From Dehalococcoides mccartyi (GTDB lineage Bacteria; Chloroflexota; Dehalococcoidia; GIF9; DYGU01): DNA of 64,000 nt. Every line of letters begins with the position of its first letter. Position 1 is the stretch's first letter. Shown here in pieces: positions 20,905-30,924 of the stretch. The position numbers were made by a program, and so were the translations under genes. The notes under the pieces are model-generated. The model was not told where the DNA came from. It saw nothing but the letters and a program-made list of their open reading frames with translations, and ran no database searches. The stretch is from the NCBI GenBank assembly GCA_020724525.1, contig DYGU01000006.1:13210-77209 (forward strand), in the 5' to 3' direction.

Positions 20905-21934
20905 AAGTTACGTACTTCTTGCGGATTTGCTCAGAAAGCTCGGATAATAGCTCCAGAGCTTGAATAGCTGCTTCTGGTGACAGGAGTCCAAGTCCGCAAG
21001 AAGGGGTGAGTAGTCCCTGCCTGATGAGTTGCCGAAAAGAAATGCCGTTCCGGGCAAAGAGTACCATAGTCTCTTCAAGGCGGTCACGGAGACTGGCTAC
21101 TGATTCTTTAGCCAGGGCTTCTTCATGATTGGGCACAATCCCCCAGGCTATAGTGCCACCTCGCTTCAGAAAGGATTTTACTTCTGCCGGGTAAAGACTG
21201 AGAGACTCTCCATAGTTATAGGCATCAAAGCTTAATATATCTGTGGTAGTGCCTAAAAGGAGCGACCAGTCAGCACCACCACAACAATGGACGCCTTTAA
21301 GTCCAGATATTCCTGAGAAGACTTCTTCCAGCAAAGTGGTTACTTGCTCATTGGTCACAGCAACAAAAGCTGACCCCAGGGAAGCTAAATAGGGCTCGTC
21401 GACAAAAATAATAGTCTCAACACCAAGCCGTCTCAAACCCTTTTCTTGCCACATGGCTTTTAATTTGAGAAATTTAGCAATGATGTCCGATAAAACATCA
21501 TCATAAAGGACTGCCCGTCGCTCCCGATCAGTAACTGATAGTCCCCAGCTAATGGGTCCGGTAATTTGTCCCTTAACCATTGTCGCTCCTGGAGGTTTTA
21601 TGGTGAGGAAGGCATGGAGTCCAGCAGCATATTCGGCACTTATGGCATACCTTTCAGCATTGTTGTCCAGGTAATCTGTGTACAATTGCTCCAGAGCCTG
21701 GTCGAAATTTGGGGAGCGGTCAACATAGATTTTGTCTTCCTCTACGACTGTACCGGGAAAGCCTTCGCTAAATTGAAGGTACATAATCTCTTTAGGCGAA
21801 CGCTTGGGTAACTGAGCCCAGTGGGGAAGAGCCGGCAAATACTTCATAATTACGGAGTATGCTTCCGCAGGGTCAATATGAGGCATGCTGCCAATACCGG
21901 TAGCTAAGCAACTAAATTCAATTCTTGCTGCCAT
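20903..21934 (-). CDS. Core methionine synthase (single-barrel MetE-like, MesB type)
   Basis: TGIGSMPH, KGQITGP, DEP, GVHCCG, LSFD, TPSCG Zn-ligand pattern; located in the SAM-cycle cluster. Confidence 0.85.
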   Translation of the reverse strand: MAARIEFSCLATGIGSMPHIDPAEAYSVIMKYLPALPHWAQLPKRSPKEIMYLQFSEGFPGTVVEEDKIYVDRSPNFDQALEQLYTDYLDNNAERYAISAEYAAGLHAFLTIKPPGATMVKGQITGPISWGLSVTDRERRAVLYDDVLSDIIAKFLKLKAMWQEKGLRRLGVETIIFVDEPYLASLGSAFVAVTNEQVTTLLEEVFSGISGLKGVHCCGGADWSLLLGTTTDILSFDAYNYGESLSLYPAEVKSFLKRGGTIAWGIVPNHEEALAKESVASLRDRLEETMVLFARNGISFRQLIRQGLLTPSCGLGLLSPEAAIQALELLSELSEQIRKKYVT

Positions 21935-21940
21935 TCTCTC

Positions 21941-22804
21941 TTATTTAATATATTTCCCAATGAGCAGTGCTAAATCTTTCTTAGCTTTTTCTGGAATAAG
22001 TTTAGGAGAGGTAACAATTGCCTCCTTAAGAGCCGTAGGGCAGGGGCAATTCCGAGGCTCCCCAATTCGTCCTATAGCTCCCCTTAACACCTTTTTGGCA
22101 GCATCCGTGGATTTTTGTAAATTAGCAATAATCATGTCGACAGTCACTGGCTCATAGACATCATACCAGGCATCATAATCGGTAACACAAGCCAAAGTGG
22201 AATAGCAAATTTCAGCTTCGCGAGCCAGCTTAGCTTCAGGTAAAGATGTCATATTAATGATGTCGGCATCCCAGGAACGATGTAGACGTGATTCAGCCCT
22301 TGTCGAGAACTGAGGACCTTCCATAACTACAAGAGTTCCATTTTTGTGTACCTGAACACCGGCTTCTTTGGCTGATTCGTAAAGTATCTGGTTCAGGTCA
22401 GGGCAGAAAGGCTCGGCAAAAGCGACGTGAACCACAAGCCCACCACCGAAGAAGGTGCTGACGCGGTTACGGGTGCGGTCAATAAGCTGGTCTGGAATAA
22501 CCAAGTCTATTGGTCTGAGCTCCTCTTTAAAACTACCTACTGCTGTCACCGAGATAATTCTTTCCACCCCCAGGGATTTTAAGGCATAAATATTAGCCCG
22601 GGACGGTATCTTAGAGGGCAGAATTCTATGTCCCACACCGTGCCGGGGTACAAAGGCTACCCTCACTCCCTCCAGAGTACCAGTCAGTATAACATCGCTC
22701 GGCTCGCCAAAGGGGGTCTTTACTTTCACTTCCTTTGTCTCTGTCAGCCCTTCCATCTGGTAAAGCCCGGTGCCACCGATAATACCAATTTTAGCTTCAG
22801 CCAT
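21941..22804 (-). CDS. mtnP: S-methyl-5'-thioadenosine phosphorylase
   Basis: GIIGGTG, PRHG..H, EGPQFSTRAES, VTDYD. Confidence 0.95.
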   Translation of the reverse strand: MAEAKIGIIGGTGLYQMEGLTETKEVKVKTPFGEPSDVILTGTLEGVRVAFVPRHGVGHRILPSKIPSRANIYALKSLGVERIISVTAVGSFKEELRPIDLVIPDQLIDRTRNRVSTFFGGGLVVHVAFAEPFCPDLNQILYESAKEAGVQVHKNGTLVVMEGPQFSTRAESRLHRSWDADIINMTSLPEAKLAREAEICYSTLACVTDYDAWYDVYEPVTVDMIIANLQKSTDAAKKVLRGAIGRIGEPRNCPCPTALKEAIVTSPKLIPEKAKKDLALLIGKYIK

Positions 22805-23862
22805 TAAGTTACCTCCTCAACAAGTTTTCTCAATTTGAACTCATAAGGTTCAGTCACTATTCCTTTTTCGGTGATGATAGCCGTTATGTAAAGGTGGGGG
22901 GTTATATCAAAAGCTGGATTAGCTGTTTTTACCCCCTCCGGAGCAATAGGCTTATCCTCAATGTGAGTTACTTCTTTAAAATCCCTTTCTTCAATAGGGA
23001 TTTCATCCCCAGAAGCTATAGAAAGGTCGATAGTACTGGTAGGAGCAGCAACATAGAAGGGGATGCCGTTTTCGGTAGCCAGAACCGCTAAAGTATAAGT
23101 GCCAATCTTATTAGCTACATCGCCATTAGCAGCAATACGGTCAGCTCCGAGGATAACGCAGTTTACTTTGCCTTGGCTCATTAGATAGCCGGCCGCGGAA
23201 TCAACAATTAGGGTCGCTGGAATACCCTCCTGAATAAGTTCCCAGGTAGTAAGGCGGGCTCCCTGGAGGAGAGGGCGGGTCTCGGTAGCTATGACATTAA
23301 TTTTTTTGCCTTGCTTCCAGGCAGCTTTAATTATGCCTAAAGCAGTGCCATAGCTGGCGGTGGCTAAGGAGCCGGTGTTACAATGGGTAAGAATAGTGAA
23401 ACCATTCTCCACTAATTGACTGCCAATCTGGCTCAGGGCTTCACTGGCGGTTTCTTCTTCCCGGTGAATTCTCCTGGCTTCAGCCTGGAGAGCTGTTTTT
23501 ATTAGGTCAATGTCAGTATTTCTTTGGGCTATTTGCTTCATCCTGTTTACAGCTCGGAAAAGGTTAACGGCAGTGGGTCGGGTAGCTTGGAATGTGCTCA
23601 GGATATGATTTAGTTGGCTGTGAAAGTCATCTTTGTTTTTGGTGATAATTTTTTGGGCTCCCAGGGCAATTCCATAGGCAGCGGTAACACCAATAGCTGG
23701 TGCCCCCCGAATTTTCATTTCCTTAATAGCCCGAACCACATCCTCATAGTTACCCAGTTTCAGGAAAACTACTTTTTGAGGTAGTTTGGTCTGGTCGAGG
23801 ATTATAACCTTATCCTTGACGAATTCAATGGGTTTTAGGATCACTTTGTGTTGGCTCCACAA
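22804..23862 (-). CDS. mtnA: Methylthioribose-1-phosphate isomerase
   Basis: IRGAPAIG, RPTAVNL, THCNTG.LAT, GADRIAANGD.ANKIGT. Confidence 0.96.
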   Translation of the reverse strand: MWSQHKVILKPIEFVKDKVIILDQTKLPQKVVFLKLGNYEDVVRAIKEMKIRGAPAIGVTAAYGIALGAQKIITKNKDDFHSQLNHILSTFQATRPTAVNLFRAVNRMKQIAQRNTDIDLIKTALQAEARRIHREEETASEALSQIGSQLVENGFTILTHCNTGSLATASYGTALGIIKAAWKQGKKINVIATETRPLLQGARLTTWELIQEGIPATLIVDSAAGYLMSQGKVNCVILGADRIAANGDVANKIGTYTLAVLATENGIPFYVAAPTSTIDLSIASGDEIPIEERDFKEVTHIEDKPIAPEGVKTANPAFDITPHLYITAIITEKGIVTEPYEFKLRKLVEEVT

Positions 23863-23881
23863 TTAATTACCCCAAGGTTAA

Positions 23882-25699
23882 TCAATCATTTTTTGGATCT
23901 GGGTCCCCACATCGAAGATTTGGTGCGGTGATAATTAAGCTAACAATTTTATTCTCCCGAATATCTACCAGTCCTGACTCGCAGATACGGAGAAAAGGTA
24001 TTGCAGCAGTGGTTAGGATAGTTAAAGTCAGGTGAGCATCGGGAAAAGGCATACTTAAATCCCTGGCTTTTTGCTGTATTTCAGCCATTTTGTCAACGAT
24101 TGCTTCCATGGGTAAATCTGATACCCCCCCACCTATAGGTAAAGGCAATTCTGCCAGGATTTTCCCCTCGGCATATATTACTATCCCACCTTGTAACTCG
24201 AAAATCCTATTTACGGCTTGTGCCATGTCCCCCTCATTGGTGCCGACAACAATTATTCCGGGTAGATCCCAGGTAGCACTGGAGGCAAAGGCACCTTTAG
24301 TCATTTTAAACCCTTTGATAAAACCGGTAAACATCTTTCCCCGTCCATCAAATCGGTCAATAACGGCTACTTTGATGAGGTCCCGTCTAATGTCCGACTC
24401 CAGCCGACTTTGCCGGGGGACAATAGTTACTTGTTCTTCCCTGGTTACTAAGTCGGTTACTTGATTTATAACTCTTACTGTAACTGGTGTCTCCTTTTCT
24501 TGGGTAAGGATAGTGAAATCGGCTGGTTCGAGCTTTCTGAGGAGGCGAATAGTCTGTCTAAAGCTTCTGGGAAAGGCGATTTTTTGGGGAGGGACTAAGG
24601 TTTTTTGATTTTGAGCCACAATTTTGCCGTTACTGATGACTAATTCGGGACGGATAGTTTTCAGATTAGGAATAATGACTATATCAGCCAGTTTGCCGGG
24701 AGCGATCCCCCCCACAAGGGTATCCAGAGAGAAATGTTCGGCGGCATTTATAGTCACCATTTGTATAGCTATAAGGGGGTCAAAGCCGAGGTCAATGGCT
24801 TTCTGGACAATTTGGTCCATATATCCTTCCTTTAGTAGGGCTCCAGGGCTAATGCCGTCACTAACTAATATGAGACGCCTAAAATCTATGGGTTCTTTTT
24901 TTATTTTAGCGATGGTTGACAGGTCCTTACGGACAGCTCCTTCCCTGACCATAACATAAATCCCCAGCCTCAGTCTGTCTATAACTTCGTCGGCGGTTAT
25001 TGGCTCGTGACAAGATGATACCCCAGTAGCCAGGTAGGATATGAGCTTGTCGTTTCTGGCACCGGCGGTGTGTCCTTCGGCTATTTTCCCAATAGCTAAC
25101 GTCTCGACTATGAGGCTTATTACTCTTTCCTCTTTTTTCACCACCGACAGCCAATAACTTTCTCCCAAACCGACAACCCTGTCTTTTTTGAGAAATTTTC
25201 GCAAAGCCTGAGGTGATAAAGCATATTTACCTGTCTCTGGGCTGATAGTAACCGCAGGCGGCACAGTAACAAAGATTTTCACAGGTTGGTTGTCAAAAGC
25301 TTTAAGATAAGGTAGTAAGGCGGAATAGCCCAGGACGGTGACTGGTTCTATGCCTTCAGTGATTACTGTAGTAGTGCCGGTTTTCAGGGCATGTTTCACA
25401 AATTCAGCTACATTAAATAACCAGAGGATGTGAGTGTGGGCATCGATAAGACCGGGAATAATTGTTTTTCCTTGAGCCTCAATAATTTTAGTTTCTGGTC
25501 CGATAGTATGGGACACATCCTTACCTACATAGGCTATCCTTTCCCCCTTAGTAGCTATGGAGTAGCCGGGCATTATTTCTCGGGCATACACATTAACCAC
25601 ATCCCCACCCAGAACCACCATATCGGCTTTTATTTCGCCTAAAGCTGTGTCCATTAACCTTTTTATCTGCTCCGAGTTCATAGAGTAAGGTAGAGCCAT
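23882..25699 (-). CDS. ade: Adenine deaminase (Ade-like amidohydrolase)
   Basis: PGLIDAHTH, EGH, HE, G.IAPGK.AD, LPLPIGG. Confidence 0.85.
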   Translation of the reverse strand: MALPYSMNSEQIKRLMDTALGEIKADMVVLGGDVVNVYAREIMPGYSIATKGERIAYVGKDVSHTIGPETKIIEAQGKTIIPGLIDAHTHILWLFNVAEFVKHALKTGTTTVITEGIEPVTVLGYSALLPYLKAFDNQPVKIFVTVPPAVTISPETGKYALSPQALRKFLKKDRVVGLGESYWLSVVKKEERVISLIVETLAIGKIAEGHTAGARNDKLISYLATGVSSCHEPITADEVIDRLRLGIYVMVREGAVRKDLSTIAKIKKEPIDFRRLILVSDGISPGALLKEGYMDQIVQKAIDLGFDPLIAIQMVTINAAEHFSLDTLVGGIAPGKLADIVIIPNLKTIRPELVISNGKIVAQNQKTLVPPQKIAFPRSFRQTIRLLRKLEPADFTILTQEKETPVTVRVINQVTDLVTREEQVTIVPRQSRLESDIRRDLIKVAVIDRFDGRGKMFTGFIKGFKMTKGAFASSATWDLPGIIVVGTNEGDMAQAVNRIFELQGGIVIYAEGKILAELPLPIGGGVSDLPMEAIVDKMAEIQQKARDLSMPFPDAHLTLTILTTAAIPFLRICESGLVDIRENKIVSLIITAPNLRCGDPDPKND

Positions 25700-25878
25700 T
25701 CAAAACCTCCTCGTCTTGTAATTAAGCACGCTTACTCAACAAGATATTGTTCAGCAATTGTCCAGTTGTCATTGCGAGCGAAGGACACCCCACAAAAGTC
25801 GAAACCTTCCCTGCGGGTTGACGAGAGTGAATACATCAATGGAGAGAACAGTGAAAAATTGGTTTAGCTACCAAAGTT

Positions 25879-26163
25879 TTAGCTCTTTTGGCTCATATTT
25901 GAAACAATCCTGGCTGTCTTTTCTGGGATTCTTTCAATCAGCTCGGCAATTTTGGCAGTCCTTTCATCCATTCTTTCAAGCAGTTTTACTACTTCCTGAT
26001 GTCTCAATTCTGCTCTTTCATCCATTTTGGCAATTCTTTCATCCAGGTGTAACATCCTTTCATCCATTTTGGCAATAGCTTGCCTCATCAATTTTCCATT
26101 ATTCCAGGCTAAATAAGCAATCACAATTGAAAGCAAGGTAATAGCAAACCCGAAGATTTCCAT
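25879..26163 (-). CDS. Small membrane-anchored coiled-coil protein (paralog 2)
   Basis: TM helix, WNNGK, then MDER heptads encoded by 21/42-bp repeats. Confidence 0.75.
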   Translation of the reverse strand: MEIFGFAITLLSIVIAYLAWNNGKLMRQAIAKMDERMLHLDERIAKMDERAELRHQEVVKLLERMDERTAKIAELIERIPEKTARIVSNMSQKS

Positions 26164-26211
26164 TACATCCCCCTTTGTCTCTAATGTTAAATTTTTAGCT
26201 CCTATATCTTA

Positions 26212-26240
26212 ACAATATCTTTATTTCAAGATTTGGTCAA
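26212..26240 (-). promoter_or_regulatory. Sigma-70 promoter of paralog 2
   Basis: TTGACC-17 nt-TATTGT on the minus strand. Confidence 0.5.
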
Positions 26241-26258
26241 GAGCCGAGGACATATTGA

Positions 26259-26342
26259 AAGATTGTTTATTTTGTCACCCTTCCTCAGGAAGGGTTTCTC
26301 CGCCTTGTTCAGGATGGTGGATAAGCATTGGTAAACAACCGA
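26259..26342 (-). mobile_element. Composite MITE-like element, copy D (minimal cargo)
   Basis: Both arms present in reverse orientation; cargo reduced to ACCCTTCCTCAGGAAGGGT. Confidence 0.75.
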
Positions 26343-26480
26343 GCCTTGTGGGCGAAGAATCTCTATAATTGAATTCCACGACGAAGATAGACTAATACCA
26401 CCTGAAAATTGTATTATAAATTTTGGGTCACTTGAAAACGGAGTTTTATACAGAATCAAAAGGGTTAGTTTAAAAATGTC

Positions 26481-26530
26481 GTCGCGAGGCTAAAGCCTCG
26501 CCCGAAGCGACCCTAAAGGGTTGCGCTACA
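26481..26530. repeat. REP-like palindrome pair
   Basis: GCGAGGCTAAAGCCTCGC, and on the minus strand GTAG-CGCAACCCTTTAGGGTCGC (GTAG-type REP layout). Confidence 0.6.
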
Positions 26531-26606
26531 AAAACTTGGGGGTGAAAGGCGTTTAGGGTGCTTAAAAATAAACCTGAAATCAAGATTAAACAACCCGCAG
26601 ATATTA

Positions 26607-26638
26607 AGGGGATTAGCTCCAACTCAGCTAACCCCCTT
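26607..26638. terminator. Probable terminator hairpin of the nuoEFG-like operon
   Basis: AAGGGGATTAGCT...AGCTAACCCCCTT imperfect stem downstream of the operon. Confidence 0.45.
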
Positions 26639-26660
26639 GGTAGGTTATTCTCCTAATATT

Positions 26661-26738
26661 TCAAGAAGCACCCTTTTTGCGCAGGGCTTGGCGCCGAGCT
26701 GATAACTTTGCCAGTTTCTGCTTGATAGAGTCTTCCAT
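26661..26738 (-). pseudogene. 25-codon remnant resembling the C-terminus of the 29780-30766 regulator
   Basis: MEDSIKQKLAKLSARRQALRKKGAS versus MEDAFWVKLAKRQAKLVARHEALAKK. Confidence 0.5.
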
Positions 26739-27365
26739 TATTTGGTGGAACTCACCTCAGCCAGGGCATAATGAGGAGGAAGTATCCCTGTAGGACATAG
26801 AGAGAAGCACTCCCTACACCCAGTGCATTCCTTGCGGGCAATTTTGGGGAAAAACACTACCTCCCGTTGTGTTCCTCTTCCAATGAAACCAATAGCGTGC
26901 TTCTTCTTTATCTCAGCGCAGTAACGCACACATAACCCGCAAAGAATGCAGAAAGTTGGCTCCGTCTCAAACCTTGTTTTTATTTCATATCCTATTACAA
27001 ATTCCCTAATTGTTCGGACGCCAGTTATATCATACCTCATCCCGTACTCCCTTAAGGGTGCGATTCCAGGAGCACGAGCCCACATTAGCTCTAAAAGTAT
27101 CTTACGAATCTTGCTTAATCGATTAGTTTCTGTCTTTACTACAAGCCCATCTTCAGCTGGATAACAGTAAGAAGCTACTAATCGGGAGTGTTGTTCCCGA
27201 ACTATTTCCACAGTGCACAATCGGCACGCACCATAGGGAGCCAATTTTTCATGATGGCAGAGGGTAGGAATGTCAATTCCAACAGTTCGTGCTGCCTCAA
27301 GAAGAGTCATCCCTTCCTTAGCTTTGACTTTTTTTCCTGTCAATAATTAAATTGATTGTGCTCAT
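26738..27365 (-). pseudogene. NuoG/HydA N-terminal-like 2Fe-2S/4Fe-4S subunit, frameshifted near the start
   Basis: ATG 27365 (MSTINLIID) shifts frame near 27338 into GKKVKAKEG; IPTLCHH, GACRLC, CILCGLCVRYC; ASYCYP instead of ASCCYP. Confidence 0.8.
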
Positions 27366-27369
27366 TTTT

Positions 27370-29290
27370 CTACCCTCGCTTTCGTATTACTTGTGTGCCT
27401 AATGGAACTGGCTCAGGTATTTTTGTACTTGGAAGCTTAACTACGGCACCAAAGCGGGGAGGACAAACTTCAAGGCAGGTACCACAGTTGGTACATTTAT
27501 TCTGGTCTATAATATGGACTAAGCTCTTACCACCATTAATAGCCTCCACTGGACAGTCCCGGAAGCAAATAAGGCAAGCCTGGCACTGGCTGGGTTCAAT
27601 ATAGTAGGCTATCAACCCTTTACAAACGCCAGCTGGACAATACTTTTCTCTTATGTGTGCTTCATACTCGTCTCTAAAGTATTTAATTGAAGTCAGCACA
27701 GGATTAGCGGCTGTAGTCCCTAAAGCGCAAAGGGAAGCGTCGGTGAGCACCTCGGCAATCTCTTCCAGTAAACCAATATCTTCTTCTTTCCCTTCTCCCC
27801 GGCGAATCCTATCTAAAACTTTGAGCATCTGGTATATTCCTTCCCGACAGGGGACACACTTACCACAAGACTCCTCGGTAAGAAAATTTAAGAAGTAACG
27901 TGCCGTATCCACCATGCAAGTGTCCTCATCCATTACTATCATCCCACCAGAACCCGTCATGGAGCCGAGTTTGGAGAGTTCATCAAAGTCAACCGGGGTA
28001 TCCAGGAATTGTTCTGGGATTACTCCACCGGAAGGTCCACCTGTTTGAACTGCTTTAAACTTTTTGCCTTCACGAATTCCGCCACCGATTTTGTAAATGA
28101 TATCTCTCAGGGTTATCCCCATCGGCACTTCTACAAGTCCGGTATTATTTACTTTGCCTACAAGTGAGAATATCTTTGTTCCTTTACTTCCCTCGGTGCC
28201 AAGGGACCTAAACCAATCAGCACCGTTGTTAATAATCAGCGGGACATTTGCCCAGGTTTCCACATTATTGAGGTTGGAAGGCTTTTCCCAAATTCCCTTG
28301 ACTTGCAGTGCGGATGTATTTTGGTCTCGGCTCGCCTACTTTTCCTTCTATCGCTGTCATGAGTGCGCTTGATTCACCAGAGACAAAGGCTCCAGCACCC
28401 CGATGAATAGTGACCTTAAAGTTAAAGCCGGAGCCGAGAATATCTTCTCCTAAAAACCCATATTCTTCAGCTTGCTTTAGGGCAATTTCTAAGTTTTCCA
28501 CAGCCAGAGGATACTCTTGCCGCACATAAACGAATCCCTGGTGCGAACCAATAGCATAAGCTCCGATGATTAAGCCCTCAAGCACACTGTGTGGGTTTTC
28601 CTCCATAAGGCCCCGATCCATATAAGCACCAGGGTCTCCTTCATCACAGTTAACAATAACATATTTAGGTTCTCCTGGAGCCTTGCGGCAGGTTTTCCAT
28701 TTCCTTCCGGCAGGGAACCCTCCGCCACCTCTACCCCTAAGGTCCGCCCTGTCCACTTCGGCTAAAACCTCCTCCGGGGTCATCTCAAAGAGGGCTTTGG
28801 TTAATGCCCGATATCCTCCAAGAGCAATGTAGTCCTCTATACTCTTCGGATTAAGTTTAGAATTATTAGCAAAAATAATCTGGGTCTGATATTTATAAAA
28901 GGGGATTTCGTGTTTATAAACTATCTTTTCGCCCGTGGTAGGGTCAATATAAAGCAGTCTGTCACTAACCTCCTCTTTAGCTGTCCTGTCCACGATTTCT
29001 GGTATATCCTCTGGTTTCACATTGCAGTAACCTGTCCCTTTGGGGGAAACTACGACTATCGGTTCTTTTTCACAAAATCCATGGCAGCCAGTGCTCCTAA
29101 AATCTATCTTTTACTCCAAGCCTTTCTTTGTGAGTTCTTCTATAAAAGCAGCGGCAACTTCCTGGCTCCCATAGGCAAGGCAACCAGTGCCACTACAGAG
29201 GGAAATGCAAAGTTTGTTCGGGTCCCTTTTTAATAAAATATCCTTTCTAAATTCTTCAAGCTCTTTTGGTGATGAAAACCGCTTAGTCAC
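27370..29290 (-). pseudogene. NuoF/HydB-like NADH/FMN subunit, disrupted
   Basis: GTG 29290; in-frame TAA at 29111-29113; +1 frameshift near 28302; [30 protein letters not shown]. Confidence 0.88.
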
Positions 29291-29767
29291 TTATTCCTCC
29301 TGACCATAGCTTTGGAGAATCTCTCCTACTTTGGAAACCGAGAGTTTGCCGTGATACTTCCTACCCACCACCATCACCGGTCCCAAAGCACAACAACCAA
29401 GACAATTGACGCTTTTCAAACTGAATTTCAGGTCCGGTGTTGTACCACCTGGAGATATGCCAAGAAATTGCTGGGCTCGTTCCAGTATATGCGGCGAACC
29501 ACGAACATGACACGCGGTACCCAAGCAGACAGTAACTTGATGGCGCCCTCGTGGTATCAGGCTAAAAGCTTTGTAGAAGGTAGCTATATGATAAATTTGG
29601 GTCAGAGGAACACTAAGCCTCTCGCTGAAGTGTATTAGAGCATCTTTAGACAACCACCGGTTTTCTCGTTGAACATGGAGGAGCACTTGAATTAGGAACG
29701 CCTTGTCAGCTCCATATTTATTTATAATTTCATCAATTTTGGTAAGCTCTAACACCATTTCCATCAC
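29291..29767 (-). CDS. NuoE/HydC-like 2Fe-2S subunit
   Basis: ATFYKAF, CLGTACH, CLGCCALGP. Confidence 0.9.
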   Translation of the reverse strand: MMEMVLELTKIDEIINKYGADKAFLIQVLLHVQRENRWLSKDALIHFSERLSVPLTQIYHIATFYKAFSLIPRGRHQVTVCLGTACHVRGSPHILERAQQFLGISPGGTTPDLKFSLKSVNCLGCCALGPVMVVGRKYHGKLSVSKVGEILQSYGQEE

Positions 29768-29779
29768 CTCTTTAGCTCT

Positions 29780-30766
29780 TTAAAACCCTTTCTGTCCAGT
29801 AACTCCACCACCAGCTTTGCCCCTTTTTTTGGCTAAAGCCTCATGTCTGGCAACTAACTTGGCTTGGCGTTTAGCTAACTTCACCCAAAAAGCATCTTCC
29901 ATCGTTTGACCGAATTCGCAGTTGGCACAGTGGAAAGCTCGGGAGCAGAGACGGTAAGAGATGTCACCTTTAAGAGCATAGCGGCAAAGTCTCTGGTTTC
30001 CGGGCAATGCCTTTAGCCTTTCTAAGGCAGCGGCAATTTCTGGTGACTCACCGGCAGTCTGCATCTGCTGGTCAAATTCGCAGGTAAGACAATCGTAATC
30101 CTTAGTGCATACCCGGTAAGAAACAACACCCATCTTCATCCAGACGCAGGGCTTAGCGACTTCCGTAGCCGTTACTTCAATTGCTGGTGCTGCCGCTTCT
30201 GTTTTTGCCTTCCGGATCCAGACCCTCGCCGCCAGGTTACCTGGTGCCATCTCCAGTATCCTCTCAAATTCCGCTATTGCTGCCGAATAGTCCCCCTCCT
30301 TGAAGAAGTCCTGACCTAAGGACAGGTACGTGGCAATCTCCTCTTCCAGTTTGCTCACTTCATCTTTCTTCTCCTCCATAATCACTTCTGGGGCAGCCAT
30401 TGGCTTAGCTTCAAGGACTTCCCTGATTAGTTGCTCCAGAGACTCAGGGGCAAATGGTTTAACCAGATAATCTATAGCTCCAGCTTTGGCGGCTTCTACC
30501 GCTGTTTCCACAGACGGATAAGCAGTAATAATGATTGCCTTTAAGGTTGGAATTTGCTCTTTAGCTTCCTTTAAGACCTGGATACCGTCTTTGCCAGGAA
30601 GTTTAAGGTCAAGGACGGCAACACCGCACTCCTGTTTTTTAATTATTTCCAGAGCCTGTTCTCCATCCTCAACAGCAACCACTTCCTGCCCCTCACTCGT
30701 TAGCCAGTCTCTTAATGACTCCCTGACGATGGTTTCATCTTCCACTAACAAAATGGGTTTTGTCAT
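29780..30766 (-). CDS. Response regulator: REC + TPR-like helices + two Cys-rich repeats
   Basis: REC (VEDE, LDLKLP, ITAY, VKPF); CVWMKMGVVSYRVC..YDCLTCEFDQ and CRYAL.GDISYRLC...FHCANCEFGQ. Confidence 0.8.
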   Translation of the reverse strand: MTKPILLVEDETIVRESLRDWLTSEGQEVVAVEDGEQALEIIKKQECGVAVLDLKLPGKDGIQVLKEAKEQIPTLKAIIITAYPSVETAVEAAKAGAIDYLVKPFAPESLEQLIREVLEAKPMAAPEVIMEEKKDEVSKLEEEIATYLSLGQDFFKEGDYSAAIAEFERILEMAPGNLAARVWIRKAKTEAAAPAIEVTATEVAKPCVWMKMGVVSYRVCTKDYDCLTCEFDQQMQTAGESPEIAAALERLKALPGNQRLCRYALKGDISYRLCSRAFHCANCEFGQTMEDAFWVKLAKRQAKLVARHEALAKKRGKAGGGVTGQKGF

Positions 30767-30805
30767 TTCTATTACCTCCTCCTTTTTGTCTTCACCTTGA
30801 ATAGT

Positions 30806-30822
30806 CGCAATTTTCGTGCCAA
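30806..30822 (-). promoter_or_regulatory. Sigma-54 -24/-12 promoter
   Basis: Minus strand TTGGCACGAAAATTGCG matches TGGCAC-N5-TTGC, about 40 nt upstream of the 30766 ATG. Confidence 0.85.
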
Positions 30823-30864
30823 AACAAGAAACTACCCTGATAACTTCAGGGTAGTTTCTTGTTT
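30822..30864 (-). terminator. Perfect 19-bp inverted repeat (terminator of the activator operon, or a binding site)
   Basis: AAACAAGAAACTACCCTGA-TAACT-TCAGGGTAGTTTCTTGTTT. Confidence 0.65.
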
Positions 30865-30924
30865 GTGTCGATTCGCTTTTATGGCTGATGAAGACTACAT
30901 CATAAGTATAAAGAAATTAAACAG

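Noticed and set aside
25700..25878. Purine riboswitch upstream of ade
   Set aside because: No purine aptamer consensus; the region holds fragments of the palindromic repeats.
26738..29767. A complete electron-bifurcating FeFe hydrogenase (hydABC) or complex I
   Set aside because: The NuoG-like subunit has no H-cluster domain, no membrane subunits are present, and two of the three genes are disrupted.
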